Shown piece after piece: positions 1 through 14,102 of a DNA stretch of 64,000 bases; positions within the stretch are counted from its first letter, which is position 1, and every line of letters begins with the position of its first letter. The stretch spans positions 15,252,001-15,316,000 of the forward strand of contig OX597842.1 of assembly GCA_951406725.2 (NCBI GenBank), in the 5' to 3' direction. The notes beneath the pieces are model-generated. The model saw only the letters and a program-made list of their open reading frames with translations. It had not been told where the DNA came from and did not search any database. Both the position numbers and the translations under genes were made by a program. The stretch is from Octopus vulgaris (lineage: Eukaryota).

Positions 1-94
1 AAAGCAGACATTTATATATATAATGTATACATTTATATATATATGTGTGTGTGTGTGTGTTGTATGTGTGTATGTGTGTGGATGTATGTTTGTG

Positions 95-308
95 TGTCTG
101 CCTTTATCCCCACACCATCGCTTGACAACCGATGCTAGTGTGTTTACTACCCCGTAACCCAGCGGTTCGGCAAAATGAAAGCGATTGAATAAGTAATAGG
201 CTTACAAAAAATATGTCCTGGGGTCGATCGATCTACCTGTCTAAAGGTGGTGCTCCAGAATGGTCAAAGTGAAATGACTGCAACAAGTAAAACAGTAAAG
301 AGAAAAGA

Positions 309-310
<2 letters not shown>
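95..310 (+). mobile_element. 3' part of Octopus OK/OR-type SINE (other copies ~10030-10243, 25570-25770, 28000-28214, 38330-38543 on +; 43668-43885, 52938-53155, 55350-55530, 57210-57400 on -)
   Basis: Motif catcgcttgacaaccgatgct...cagcggttcggcaaaa...gtcctggggtcgat...ggtgctccag recalled as the abundant octopus SINE tail; it recurs throughout the window. Confidence 0.7.
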
Positions 311-363
<53 letters not shown>

Positions 364-688
364 AGTGTGTGTGAAGCAAAATCGATGTGTAGCAATACCC
401 ATCGGCATACGATACAGACTATATACGTATGTGCCCCAAAACAGTTTGTATGAAATTTCGCTGCTTTTTCAAGCACGTAGATATCTTGTTTGAATCCCTG
501 TAGAATCGGAAGGGGAGAGGGTTTATGTGGATGTGGTGGGGGGCGGATTTCAGTTTCACGAACAGTTACTTTTCAGAATCATAATGTCGGTTGTTTTAAT
601 CACATAATTTGTCAAATAAGTTACAAGAAAAAGTGAAAAATTAAGAGATGGGTTACGTCTCTACCATGGGTACCTCACCTCACCTCCA

Positions 689-1751
689 GGAGGATATTGA
701 AGAGATTTGCACATCTGAAGCCCGGGCTATCACAGTACCTTGTCCTACATCTTGAGGGCAAATTTGGAATCCTTGGCACTATAAAGTGGCGCCCAGTTCT
801 AGTACTTGTGTATCTCTGGATGCTAAAGCTTTGGACAAGTCCTTCCAGGATCTTCTACATGTATATTATGGCATATCTTTCTCGCCTACGCTCTAAGGAA
901 TAGAGTCTTAATCTCTTGAATATTTCTCAATAGGCTATATGCTGCATAGTGGCTATCTTTTTCGTGTAGCTTCGTTGGATTGCCTCAAGTTCTGCGATTA
1001 ATTTGACACTGGTTGGTGACCATAGCTGGGAGCAATTTTTAAAGTGGCTTAGAACAAGGGAACTCTAGAGGACCATCATTGGATCCTGGTCTCTTGTTCT
1101 AAACGTTCTCAGAATCCATCCGGTTAGCCGCCTACATTTCATTGCCAATTTAGCAACAAGCACATGAACGGTTGCATCATTACTGATGTAAATACCCAGG
1201 TCTTGCACTGATTGTGTCTCTGGGATTGCAATCCCTCCAAATCCAGTGTATTTATTGCATTTAGTTTTGCATGTTGATAGCATAAAGCTTGAAACTTTTC
1301 AGCATTAAACAGCATGCTATTCTTTTCAGCCAACTTGTATATTTTGTCTAGCTCACGATGCAGGTGCATAGTGTCTTCAGGGTTCTGTATTACCTGTGAA
1401 ACTTTTGCATTATCTGCATAACTTGTGATCGTAGCCTTCTGTGTGGCTGAGGGCATTCTGAGAGGGCCATTATGAGCAGAAGTGTTCCCAAAACAGAGCC
1501 TTGCGGAAGACCGGTCCCTATTTGCGTATCATTGGAGGCGGCTACATTGGCTACTACCACCTGACTTCTATCCTTCAGAAAGTCATGAAGCCATTCTCAC
1601 AATTTTCCAACTATGCCAAGATCACGCACTTTGTGACGTATCGTTCCATGATCGACTTTATCAAAGGCCTTGGCAAAGTCGAGATATATCACTTCAACAT
1701 CTGAGTGGTTGAGCAGCTGTTTCAGTACCCAGTCAGAGTGTTCTAAGAATG
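689..1751 (-). mobile_element. CR1/L2-group LINE (family A) RT fragment, decayed
   Basis: Minus-strand translation ITSYADNAKV (YADD motif), LAEKNSMLFNAEKFQ, WILRTFRTRD; frameshifts and stops. Confidence 0.88.
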
Positions 1752-1939
1752 TATATATATATTTATATATATATATTGCATGGGGACTGTCTTGGGTCCG
1801 CTACTCTACATATAAAAAGTCCATTACTTAGCGGTGCGGCAAAATGAGAGAGATTAAATAAATAAAATGCTTACAAAAAAATGTCTACTACGGCCTGTTT
1901 GCCTGTCCAAATGCGGTAAAGAACAAAACAGTAAAGAAC

Positions 1940-1983
<44 letters not shown>

Positions 1984-1987
<4 letters not shown>

Positions 1988-3667
1988 CCTTCACTGCCAC
2001 TGACATCGTAACAGCAATAAATGAGGTCAAATACTACTCTGCTGTAGGCCCTGATAGCCTGATAGATTCCCCGCTAGTCTCCTGAAGGAATGTAGACACC
2101 AACTTGCAGTCACTCTGACCAACCTCTGGAGAAATTCGTTAGACGCAGGTTATATACCGAAACAGTTTCTATCCTAGTCAGTCATCCCGGTTTTCAAACA
2201 GGGAAACAGATCCCTCCCACTCAACTATCGCCCAATCTCACTCACCTCCCACATCATTAAAGGGTTTGAAAGAGTGTTAAGATCAAGGATAGCTGCCTTC
2301 CTAGAGACCCACAAACTCCTAAATGCAAATCAGCATGGCTTTCGCTGTGGCAGGGACTGTCTAACACAACTCTTACACCACATTGAAGATGTACTCAAAG
2401 GCTTGGGAACAGATTCGAACTCTGACGTCATATATCTTGACTTCAGTAAAGCATTCGACAGGGTAGACCATAATATCCTGCTCTCAAAATTGGCAAATGT
2501 TGGAATCCGTGGAAAAGTTCTACACTAGACTAAGTATTTCCTGGCGAATAGAACACAACATGTTGTAGTTGATGGAGTCCACTCAAGCCCAGCAAAAGTC
2601 ACCAGCGGTGTCCCCCACGGGACTGTCTTGGGCCCGGTACTCTTTATAATTTACATAAACGACCTTTCCAGTGTCGTACATTACTGCAAAGTGCAAATAT
2701 TTGCTGATGACACTAAGCTCCAGCAAATCGTCAATGAAGAAGCAGACCGAACTCAACTCCAGTCTGATCTATATGCTGTGAGTCAATAGGCAGACAGAAA
2801 CAAAATGCAACTGAATGAGGGAAAATTTGAGCTGATGCATTTTGGAAAAATTCCTCACTAAAACAGCCATACTCTCTTCCTTCAGGGAAACCGCTCACAG
2901 CCTCTAACAATATCAGAAACCTGGGCGTAATTGTTGATGACGATCTCAGTTGGAGTGCACACATCAACAGGAAGGTCGATATAGCTCGTAGGATGAGTTC
3001 CTGGATCTTAAGAACTTTCCGGTCCAGAGAACAAGGTGTCATCATACCACTTTTCACCTCGTTTGTACGGCCACACCTCGAATACTGCTGCACACTGTGG
3101 TCTCCCCATACAAAACAAAACATCTCGAGGATTGAGTAACCCCAGAGGGCACTCACTAAACGAATTGAAGGCATGGCTGCTCTCGATTATTGGGATCGCC
3201 TTAAAGCCTTGAAACTTTACTCTCTCCAGCGTCGCCGTGAGCGGTACATCATTTGTACGATGTGGAGAATATACCGCCAACTTTGCCCAAACGACCTAAA
3301 CATTAGCTTCAAGGTTCATCCAAGAATGGGACCATGGGCCATACGTCCCCTGCCCAATTCAAGATCACAGCATACATGTACACTGCAACATAATTTCTTT
3401 TCCTCAACAGGCCCTGCCCTATTTAACATTGTACCGAAAGAGATCAAAGAGGAAAAGGATCCCATCAACTTTAAACGGAGTCTGGATAGATTCCTTCAAA
3501 GAATACCAGATAAGCCACCCATAATTGGATACAACTCACCAAACAAGAACTCCCTACTTGAATGGACCATAAACAAAACTTGACTTAAACAGGATTCGAA
3601 TAATCCTATCAGGTGGTGCTATTAATTTAGACATGGCCTGGACCAATCTTCGGTCGAAACATATCTA

Positions 3668-3672
<5 letters not shown>
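1984..3672 (+). mobile_element. 5'-truncated CR1/L2-group LINE (family B) with RT and 3' end, inserted in (TA)n
   Basis: NQHGFR, YLDFSKAFDRVDH, SGVPHGTVLGP, FADDTK, VRPHLEYC, YSLQRRRER; a few stops and frameshifts; (TA)n on both sides. Confidence 0.92.
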
Positions 3673-3713
<41 letters not shown>

Positions 3714-3719
3714 TATCTA

Positions 3720-3778
<59 letters not shown>

Positions 3779-4117
3779 ATATAATTATATTTATAATTAT
3801 ATACTGTTTGAAGCCCATAGAATCGGGAGGGGAGAGGGTTGATGCATATTTTTTCATTTCATTTTGGAAAATTTCCAGAATCATGATCTCGTTTTTTTTT
3901 ATCACCTATTTTGCCCTAAAAACATTTTGGAAAGCGAAAAATGAAGAAAAGAGGGTGCAATTGGAATTTTGAATCGGTATCTCCATAACCGAAAACATGG
4001 TTCTCCGTAAAAAATACAAAAACGTGTTAAGGGTGGGTTACGTCTCCACAATGTGTACCCCACCTTACCACCAAGGTGACCAGGAGAAAGGAATTTCTCG
4101 TAGAAGTTTAGGAGGGG

Positions 4118-4266
4118 AGAAATGCTTCAAATTGCACCCAGCCAGGTTTCTCTCACTACTACCACATACAAGTTTTGCGACCTGAGGTCATTGAGGAAAA
4201 TCCGTTGTTTCCAATTCGTCGCCTGGCTGCAAACATTTAAAGACGTTACGTTGAGTGTAAACATGA
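4118..4266 (-). mobile_element. Short N-terminal AP-endonuclease fragment of L1/Tx1-type LINE (similar at ~13470-13618, 25945-26100, 32450-32601 on -; 55085-55220 on +)
   Basis: Reverse-complement homologue of 6043-6200 (FLNDL...LDVVVVRETWL). Confidence 0.6.
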
Positions 4267-4695
4267 AGAAAATATTTGGTCTACCTTAGGATAGAGATGG
4301 GCGTTAACCACTCACGTTTCATTTATTTAGGAGCTACTGATGTCTCTATGTGTGTGTGTATGTGCGTGCGTGTGTGTGAGTGAGTCTTCATATTTAGGTG
4401 TGTCCTTATCCTACGATCGCAGACTGACACGGTGTTCCTTTGTTTATGTCTCTATAAAGCAACGTTCAGCGATAGAGGAAGGAAGAATTAGGACAGATTA
4501 CAAATACATAAATAAATAGGTAAAGCTAATCCGACGGAGACGCTTCAAGGCGGTGCTCCAGCACGGCCACACTCCAATGAATGAAAGAAATTCAAGGTAA
4601 AGAGCAAAGTACTAAAACCTTCGATGTAAGGATGTACTATAGAGCTTATTACTGCATTACTCCAGGTTTCCGAGAGAGAGAAGAGAAATAGAATG

Positions 4696-4748
<53 letters not shown>

Positions 4749-4751
<3 letters not shown>

Positions 4752-5176
4752 TCTTACAATATACCGTGACTGGTTGCTGAAATGTGGAAGTGTTATATCT
4801 TGACTTTGCAAAGGCCGATAAAGGTTGATAAAGTTTTATCATGGAACGATACGTCACAAACTGCGTGATCTTGGCATAGTTGGAAAATTGTGAGAATGGC
4901 TTCATGACTATCAGAAGTATAGAAGTCAGGTGGTAGTAGCCAATGGGGCCACCTCCAATGATACGCAAATAGGGACCGGTGTCCCGCAAGGCTCTGTTTT
5001 GGGAACACTTCTGCTCATAATGGCCCTCTCAGAATGCCCTCAGAACGCCACGATCACAAGTTATGCAGATGATACAAAAGTTTCACAGGTAATACAGAAC
5101 CCTGAAGACACTATGCACCTGCAGTGTGAACTGGACAAAATATACAAGTTGGCTGAAAAGAATAGCATGCAGTTCA
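4749..5176 (+). mobile_element. LINE family A short RT fragment
   Basis: TGVPQGSVLG...ITSYADDTKV; same 5' start as the other family A copies. Confidence 0.88.
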
Positions 5177-5274
5177 TTAGTAAAATTTGCTTTATAGAGA
5201 CATAAACAAACCAACACCATGTCAGGCTGCAATCGTAGGATAAGGACACACATAAACATGAACACACACACACG

Positions 5275-5349
<75 letters not shown>

Positions 5350-6042
5350 ACACACACACAAACCATCCAAGGTTTAAGTAATGCAAACGATAGGCCGTCA
5401 AAATTAATTTATATTTAAGGCAGATAAAATTATTTATAAAATAGTGTTAAGGGAGGTAACTCACAAATATATGTCATAATTGACGTAAAATATCCCTGTT
5501 TAAGTTCGTGTATATTTTTTTGCGTGTGTGCTTTTTTGTTCGGTGTGTTCAAACACTTCTATCCTTGAATCCGTTTGTATATGCGGGTTTCTATCTGTGT
5601 ATGTGTATATGTATGTGTGTGTGTGGAGGGGGGTGTTTGCGAATGAGGGAGGGGGAGGGAGAGAGGAAAGCATGGGAGGTTGGAGTAATGCAGTAATAAG
5701 CTCTATAGAACATCCTTACATCGAATCTTTTAACAGTTTGCTCTTTACTCTGGATTTCCTTCATTCATTGGATTGTGGCCATGCTGGAGCACCGCCTTCA
5801 AGAGTTTCTGACGGGTTAACTGGACCTATTTATTTATTTATTTGTAATTTCTCCTTATTCTTCCGTCTTGTATCGCTCAACGTTGCTTCATAGAGACATA
5901 AACAAAGCAACACCGTGTTAGGCTGCAATCGTAGGATAAGGACACTCATAAACATGAACACACACACACCTAGAGACTTCACAAGCTCCTAAATAAATAG
6001 AACTGTATGTTTTAACGCCCATCTCCAACCTAAGTTTTTTCT

Positions 6043-6725
6043 TCATGTTTACACTCGATGTAGGGAGTTTAAACGTGTACATCCTGTCATCGAATTGGAA
6101 ATAAGGGATTTTCCTCAATGACCTCGTGTCACTTAATTTGGATGTGTTAGTAGTTAAAGAAATCTGGCTGAGTGGACTGACAAGCAATCTCCCCCCCCCA
6201 AACTGCTACGAGAAATTTATTTCTCCTGGTCACCCAGAATGTGAAGAGAGGCGGTCGTAGTTCTGCTCAAGAAAAACTGGATTTAGCATCAAGAGTAATC
6301 TTTATTGATCCGGGGGTGGGAGTAGCCTGGTCGTATTTGATGTAAACCTCATCATTGATAAGTCTTTCAGGCTGGGGGTTGTTTATGCACTCCGACGGCC
6401 GGACAGTTTTCTAGGAACGTCACACTCCTTAGTGGATTGTGTTTGCTCGAATATGGATAGGAGGAGAAACACGTATATCTTCGATCTGTCTAAGCGTTTT
6501 TTGCTGGCAAATCTGTATATACTGGAACACCCAGACGCTCCACTGTGGAGATGGATGAATAGCGATGGGTCTTCTAGATCTTATATGGACAGGCTATTTC
6601 TTAGATGTATAGATAAAGATGTATTTGTGTGTGCACAATTTCACTACGTCAACTACAGTGATCAGAAGCGTGTGACCAGAAAGTTTGAACTCGATAGGTT
6701 ACATAGGCAAGGTCCCGGCTTCTAG
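6043..6725 (+). mobile_element. L1/Tx1-type AP-endonuclease pseudogene fragment
   Basis: SLNV near the N-terminus, xETW motif, W(T/R)WMNSDGSSRSYMDR (LDR-like) and YSDQ (SDH-like); interrupted by frameshifts and stops. Confidence 0.72.
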
Positions 6726-6954
6726 AAGCTCCTTGGTTACCTTGGATTTCTTTCATTCATCGGATTGTGGCCATGCTGGGGCTCCGCCTTGAAGAATTTT
6801 CGTCGCTTTAACTGGACCTATATATTTATTTATTTACTTGTAATCTGTTCTTATGCTTCCGACCTGTAACGCAAAACGTTGCTTTATAGTGACATAAACA
6901 AAGTAACAACGTGTCAGGTTGCGATCAGAGGACAAGCATACACACAAAATATCT

Positions 6955-7273
6955 CAGGGACACATGCACACACACACATACATACACATACATACACGCA
7001 CCCTTAATACTTATACGCAATCAGATATGAATGCACTTGCAAATATTCATCCATGCTTGCGTATATTCATACATACATTTATACATATATACATGCACAC
7101 ACATATATACATATATACATACATACATGCATGCTTGCATACATACATACATACATACATACACGCATACATATATGCAATCACATATATATATACATAC
7201 AGACACATATATATATATACATATATATATATAAATACATACATACATATATACGTAGATATACATACATGCA
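6955..7273. repeat. Compound (TACA)/(CA)/(TA) microsatellite
   Basis: Directly visible; similar tracts at 16410-16770, 17990-18345, 35275-35586 and 46602-46960. Confidence 0.9.
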
Positions 7274-8638
7274 TCGTTTTATGACTACGAAGATGACTCA
7301 TGAGTCCAGCTGTACTGAGGCAGGTTGTTGCACAGACATCGCATGTCAGAATCAAATGAACACCCTTCCCTTCTGGAAGTGTACCAGTGATGCCCTTCCT
7401 GACATCCCTCCTTACTTTCTCATGTGCAACTCGAGATATCTCAAATGTGGCTGTCCCCTCATGCACAATCCTTCTCCACCTGCTACGATCAATAGCTATG
7501 CCTTCCTATGTGTCAGGTGAGATGCAAGCATCTCTTAAGGAAGCCTTCAGCAAGTCCTTATACCTCTTTTTTGGTTTTTGTGGAGGTCGTTCTCCTTTAG
7601 CTAACTCTCCATAAAAGAGTTGTTTTGGCATCCTTGAATCCTTCATTCTGACCAGATGACCACTCCATATGAGCCTTTGCTTTAACACAAGAGCTTCTAT
7701 ACTTTCACACCGAGAGCCTTCGAGTATTTCAAGATCACCGATGCCGTCCTTCCACTTATTGCCATAGATCCGTCTGAGGCACATCTGATGGAATCGTTCC
7801 AGTTGTTTAAGGTGGTATCCATATTTGACCCACGTCTTGCAGGCAGAGAGAAGAGAAGGCAGCCCACATGCCTTGTACACCTTTATCTTTGTCCTTCTGC
7901 ATATGTATCGCGGACTCCAGGGGTGTTTTTCTAGCCTTGCGAAAGCAACAGTTGCTTTCCTAATTCTATATGGAATTTCATCATCCACATTGCCATATCT
8001 ATTAATAGTGCTTCCCAGGTAGACAAAGTGATCGCCTACATCAAGTCGTTTACCATTCACATAGATATTTGGTACACTACACTGCTTACTAGGGGCAGGT
8101 TGATGCATGACAACACTTTTCTTGAGATTGACTGTCAATTCTAAGGCAGTGCAAGCATCAGAGAATGCATTCAAAATGTGTTGCATATCAATCTCTGTGT
8201 GTGCTACCAGCTCACAATCATCAGCATACAAAATGTTTTTTTTTGATAGAGGTAAATATCTTTGTTTTTGCAGCAAGGCGCCTGACATTAAATATGTTGC
8301 CAGAGGTTCGATAATGGACGTAAACACCGTATCTGCAGTTTCTGAATGCAATACAGAACACCATCGCGAAATATATGGAAAATAGGGTCAATGCCAGAAT
8401 ATTCCCCAGTTTCACTCCATTTTGTATTGAAATGGGCTCCGACATCTTCCCTCTAACATTCACCCTACCATTCATATCTTCATGAAAAGACCTAACCAAA
8501 GCAAGGAACTTTTCAGGACACCCAAGTTTCAGTAGGACTTTCCACAATGCTTTTCTATTGACGGTATCAAAGGCTTTTGTCAGATCGACAAAAACCTCAT
8601 ACAAATCCTGACCCTGTTCCACACACTTTTCCTGAAGC
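7274..8638 (-). mobile_element. RTE-type LINE fragment (RT and thumb), truncated at both ends
   Basis: FVDLTKAFDTVNR, LYADDCEL, WSGHLVRM..RMPKQLFYGEL; homologous to 59,934 onward. Confidence 0.92.
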
Positions 8639-8966
8639 GGGTGTGATTTGGCTGCTTTTTCTAGCATGTGGATATCCTGCTTGAAGCCCGTAGAATCGGG
8701 AGGGGAGGGGGTTGAAGAAGATTGAGATGGCAACCTCAATAGTCGAGTAGTATGATAAATGCACCGAGCCCATGCTGTGAATTGGTTGATGTTAGGAAGG
8801 GCATCTAACCAGAAATAGGAGACCAAAGCAGACATTTGAGCGCAGTGCAGTCCTTGGATCCTGTCCAGTCCATGCAAGAAAAGAACATGTATGTTAGATG
8901 ATGATGACAATGGGGATGATGTTATTTACCCTGTTGATGATGACAATCAAGGCTATATATGTATAA

Positions 8967-9033
<67 letters not shown>

Positions 9034-9420
9034 GTATGTATGTATGTATGTATGTATGTATGTATGTATGTATGTATGTATAGGCGTATATGGCGCAGAT
9101 TTAACTCACCCTTCCCACTTTTTTTGTGAAATACGTAGAAAAGTTTGGAGATAATGATTCAAAAAAAGTCATTGTTTGTAAAATGACTTTCTCAAAAGAA
9201 AAAAAAAACCTCGCCCCCAGATTCTACGGTTTTCAACCAGGCTATCCACATGCTAGAAATAAAAGCCATATCTCACGCAATCTTTTTTGGCACATAATTA
9301 CAGACGCTGTATAGAATGATTTGCATTTTACCTCATGGGGTCATCTTGTCACTTCGTTACCATCATCTATCTCTTGTAGTTCCTTCTTTTCATTTTCTCT
9401 TTGTTTCTCCTTCCGTTGTG

Positions 9421-9755
9421 TGGAAGTGCATGGCTCAGTGGTGATATCGTCAGTATCACAATCGCGAGATAATGAGTTCGATTCATGGAACGGGCTGTGT
9501 GTTGAAGTAATTGAGCAAGACACTTTATTTCACGTTACTTTAGTTCACTCAGCTGTTGAAATGAGTGGCGACATCACTGCGCCGAAGCTGTATCAGTCTT
9601 TGACTTGCCATTGGATAACTTTGTTGGAATGGAGAGGGTATTCTGTTATGCATGGGTGACCACCGGACATCCATAAACAAATTTGCCCGGATATGTACCT
9701 TGTTGGGGAACCTTCTAGGTGTCATCTCTTGGTCATTCATAACCAAAGAGGATCT
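9421..9755 (+). mobile_element. tRNA-derived SINE (~335 bp)
   Basis: A box tggctcagtgg and B box gagttcgattc, followed by ttgagcaagacactttatttcacgtt core. Confidence 0.85.
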
Positions 9756-10241
9756 ACAAAAACATGCACTACCCCTACCTCTTAAATCATTCCCTTATCC
9801 ACGAGCATGAAACTGACCCCACCCCTCCAACAGGATTTTCAGTTATGCGACCTGCATGGCAACCTGAATTGTCGGGGAGTATGATAAAAAGCACCGAGCC
9901 CATGCTGCAAAATGGTTGATGTTTGGAAGGGCATCTAACCAGAAATAGCAGACCAAAGCAGACATTTATATATATAATATATATATTTATATATGTGTAT
10001 GTGTGTGTGTGTGTATGTATGTTTGTGTGTCTGCCTTTGTCCCCACACCATCGCTTGACAACCGATGCTAGTGTGTTTACGACCCCGTAACCCAGCGGTT
10101 CGGCAAAATGAAAGCGATTGAATAAGTAATAGGCTTACAGAAAATATGTCCTGGGGTCGATCGATCTACCTGTCTAAAGGTGGTGCTCCAGAATGGTCAA
10201 AGTGAAATGACTGCAACAATTAAAACAGTAAATAGAAAAGA

Positions 10242-10298
<57 letters not shown>

Positions 10299-10633
10299 AG
10301 TGTGTGTGAAGCAAAATCGAGGGGCACACATGTGTAGCAATACCCCATAGGCATTCGATACAGACTATATACGTATGTGCCCCAAAACAGTTTGTATGAA
10401 ATTTTGCTGCTTTTTTAAGCACGTAGATATCTTGTTTGAAGCCCTGTAGAATCGGAAGGGGAGAGGGTTTATGTGGATTTTTTGGGGGGCGGATTTCAGT
10501 TTCACGAACAGTTACTTTTCAGAATCATAATGTCGGTTTTTTTAATCACATAATTTGTCAAAAAAGTTACAAGAAAAAGTGAAAAATGAAGAGGTGGGTT
10601 ACGTCTCTACCATGGGTTCCTCACCTCACCTCC

Positions 10634-11679
10634 AGGAGGATATTGAAGAGATTTGCACATCTGAAGCCCGGGCTATCACAGTACCTTGTCCTACATCTTG
10701 AGGGCAAATTTGGAATCCTTGGCACTATAAAGTGGCGCCCAGTTCTTGTACTTGTGTATCTCTGGATGCTAAAGCTTTGGACAAGTCCTTCCAGGATCTT
10801 CCACATGTATATTATGGCATATCTTTCTCGCCTACGCTCTAAGGAATAGAGTCTTAATCTCTTGAATATTTCTCAATAGGCTATATGCTGCATAGTGGCT
10901 ATCTTTTTCGTGTAGCTTCGTTGGATTGCCTCAAGTTCTGCGATTAATTTGACACTGGTTGGTGACCATAGTTGGGAGCAATTTTCAAAGTGGCTTAGAA
11001 CAAGTGAACTCTAGAGGACCATCATGGTTTCCTGGTCTCTTGTTCTAAACGTTCTCAGAACCCATCCGGTCAGCCGCCTACATTTCATTGCCAGTTTAGC
11101 AACAAGCACATGAACGGTTGCATCATTACTGATGTAAATACCCAGGTCTTGCACTGATTGTGTCTCTGGGATTGCAATCCCTCCAAATCCAGTGTATTTA
11201 TTGCATTTAGTTTTGCATGTTGATAGCATAAAGCTTGAAACTTTTCAGCATTAAACAGCATGCTATTCTTTTCAGCCAACTTGTATATTTCATCCAGCTC
11301 ACAATGCAGGTGCATAGTGTCTTCAGGGTTCTGTATTACCTGTGAAACTTTTGTATCATCTGCATAACTTGTGATCGTAGACTTCTGTGTGGCTGAGGGC
11401 ATTCTGAGAGGGCCATTATGAGCAGAGTGTTCCCAAAACAGAGCCTTGCGGAAGACCGGTCCCTATTTGCGTATCATTGGAGCGGCTACATTGGCTACTA
11501 CCACCTGACATCTATCCTTCAGAAAGTCATGAAGCCATTCTCACAATTTTCCAACTATGCCAAGATCACGCAGTTTGTGACGTATCGTTCCATGATCGAC
11601 TTGGGAAAGTCGAGATGTATCACTTCAACGTCTGAGTGGTTGAGCATCTTTTTCAGTACCCAGTCAGAGTGTTCTAAGA

Positions 11680-11682
<3 letters not shown>
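10634..11682 (-). mobile_element. LINE family A RT fragment
   Basis: YADDTK; paralog of 689-1751 with the same ends. Confidence 0.88.
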
Positions 11683-11717
<35 letters not shown>

Positions 11718-11739
11718 AACAGAGAGAGAGAGAGAGAGA

Positions 11740-11781
11740 GATAAATAGATAGATAGATAGATAGATAGATAGTTAGTCAGT

Positions 11782-11813
<32 letters not shown>

Positions 11814-11860
11814 AAGATAGATAAATAGACAGACAGATAGACTGATGGATAGATAGATAT

Positions 11861-11917
<57 letters not shown>

Positions 11918-12019
11918 CAGATGGATAGATAGATAGGTAGATAGATAGATAGATAGATAAGATACATACATACATACATACATACATAGATAGATAGACA
12001 GACAGATAGACAGATAGAT

Positions 12020-12102
<83 letters not shown>

Positions 12103-12128
12103 CAGATAGATAGATAGGTAGATAGATA
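11740..12128. repeat. (GATA)n microsatellite
   Basis: Directly visible; paralogs at 40098-40460, 41829-42125 and 51078-51262. Confidence 0.95.
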
Positions 12129-12986
12129 TTAATGTGTATACGTTTGTGTGCTTGTGTTTCTCCCCACAACATCGCTTGACAACCAATGCTAATATATACA
12201 TACATGCATGTGTGGATGGGTGGGTGTGATATTAGATTAGTAGATTGATTGCATATTTCTTTCATTATTTCATCAGAGCTTTCTTCTGCCAACAAATGCT
12301 GATATGGGAATTTTTCGAAATTCCCACTAATTCTAGGAAAATCTGTTTCTAAAAGAATTCCAATATAATCAGCATGTACACCATATGTCAAACATTTTAT
12401 TAAAAATAACAACCTTTCTTTAAGTTAAACCGCAGCAAATTCGAGGGTCATATTTGTGCAGGAATAACCCATAGGCATTCGATACAGATTGTGTACGTAC
12501 GTGCAAAAACAGTTTGTGTGAGATTTGGCTGCTTTTTCTAGCATGTGGATATCCTGTTTGAAGCCCGTAGAATCGGGAGGGGTGGAGGTTGAAGCAGATT
12601 GAGATGGCAACCTCAATAGTCGGGTAGTATGATAAAAGCACCGAACCCATGCCGTGAATTGGTTGATGTTAGGAAAGGCATCTAACCAGAAATAGGAGAC
12701 CAAAGCAGACATTTGAGCGGAGTGCAGTCCTTGGATCCTGTCCAGTCCAAGCCAGAAAGGAACATGGATGTTAGATGATGATGACAATGATGGTGATGTT
12801 ATTTACTTTGTTGATGATGACAATCAAGGAAATGATGAATATGATTATAAGCAATTTAGAATTGTTTTGTAAATGATTATTGATATATATATATATATAT
12901 ATATATCGGGTGTGTGTTAATTAGCTTGCTAACGAACGACATGGTTCCTCGTTCAGTCCCACTGCGTGTTACCTTGGGTATGTGTC

Positions 12987-13029
<43 letters not shown>

Positions 13030-14049
13030 TGTGTGTGAAGCAAAATTGAAGGGTACAATTGTGTAGGAATATCCCATAGGCGTTCGATACAGAGTACACA
13101 CGTATGTTCCAAACGCAGTTTGTGTACGATTTGCTGCTTTTTCTAGCATGTGGATATCCTGTTTGAAGCCCATAGAATAGGGATGGGAGAGGGTTGATGC
13201 AGATTTTTTAATTTTATTTTGGAAAATTTGCAGAATCATAATCTGGTTTATTTTTATCACCTATTTTGCCCAAAAAAATTTTGGAAAGCGAAAAATGAAG
13301 AAAGGAGGGTGCAATTGAAATTTTGAAGCGGTATCTCCATAACCGAAAACATGGTTCTCCGTAAAAAATACAAAAGCGTGTTAGGGTGGGTTACGTCTTC
13401 ACAATGTGTACCTCACCTTACCACCAAGGTGAATAGGAGAAAGACATTTCTCGTAGAAGTTTAGGGGGGGAGAAATGCTTCAAATTGCACACAGCCAGGT
13501 TTCTCTCACTACTACCACATCCAAATTTTGCGACCTGAGGTCATTGAGGAAAATCCGTTGTTTCCAATTCGTCGCCTGGCTGCAAACATTTGAAGACCTT
13601 ACGTTGAGTGTAAACATGAAGAAAAAATTTGGTCTACCTTAGGTTAGAGATGGGCGTTAACCACTCACGTTTCATTTATTTAGGAGCTAGTGAAGTCTTC
13701 ATGTGTGTGTGTATGTGCGTGCGTGTGTGTGAGTGAGTCTTCATGTTTAGGTGTGTCCTTATCCTACGATCGCAGCCTGACACGTTGTTGCTTTGTTTAT
13801 GTCTCTATAAAGCAACGTTCATTGAGAGAGGAAGGAAGAATAAGGACAGATTAAAAATACATAAATAAACAGGTAAAGCTAACCCGACGGAGACGCTTCA
13901 AGGCGGTGCCCCAGCATGGCCACAATCCAATGAATGAAAGAAATCCAAGGAAAAGAGCTATTTACTAAAACCTTCGATGTAAGGATGTACTATAAAGCTT
14001 ATTACTGCATTACTCCAGGTTTCCGAGAGAGAGAATAGTAATAGAATGA

Positions 14050-14099
<50 letters not shown>

Positions 14100-14102
<3 letters not shown>

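Larger units (their letters stand above)
1..12660 (+). repeat. Segmental duplication, copy 1 (direct repeat of 27,893-40,992)
   Basis: Colinear near-identical sequence from aaagcagacattt (1 / 27,893) to gccgtgaatt (12,660 / 40,992). The ORF track repeats identically, e.g. the 136 aa ORF at 3173 and 31381. Confidence 0.95.

Noticed and set aside
3632-3672. gacc/ggtc stem followed by gaaac at the end of LINE B as a ribozyme
   Set aside because: No CUGANGA box; better explained as a LINE 3' stem-loop.
9421-9495. tRNA genes at the SINE heads (also 16773, 17829, 20727)
   Set aside because: A and B boxes are present, but there is no proper cloverleaf and each continues into a SINE body.
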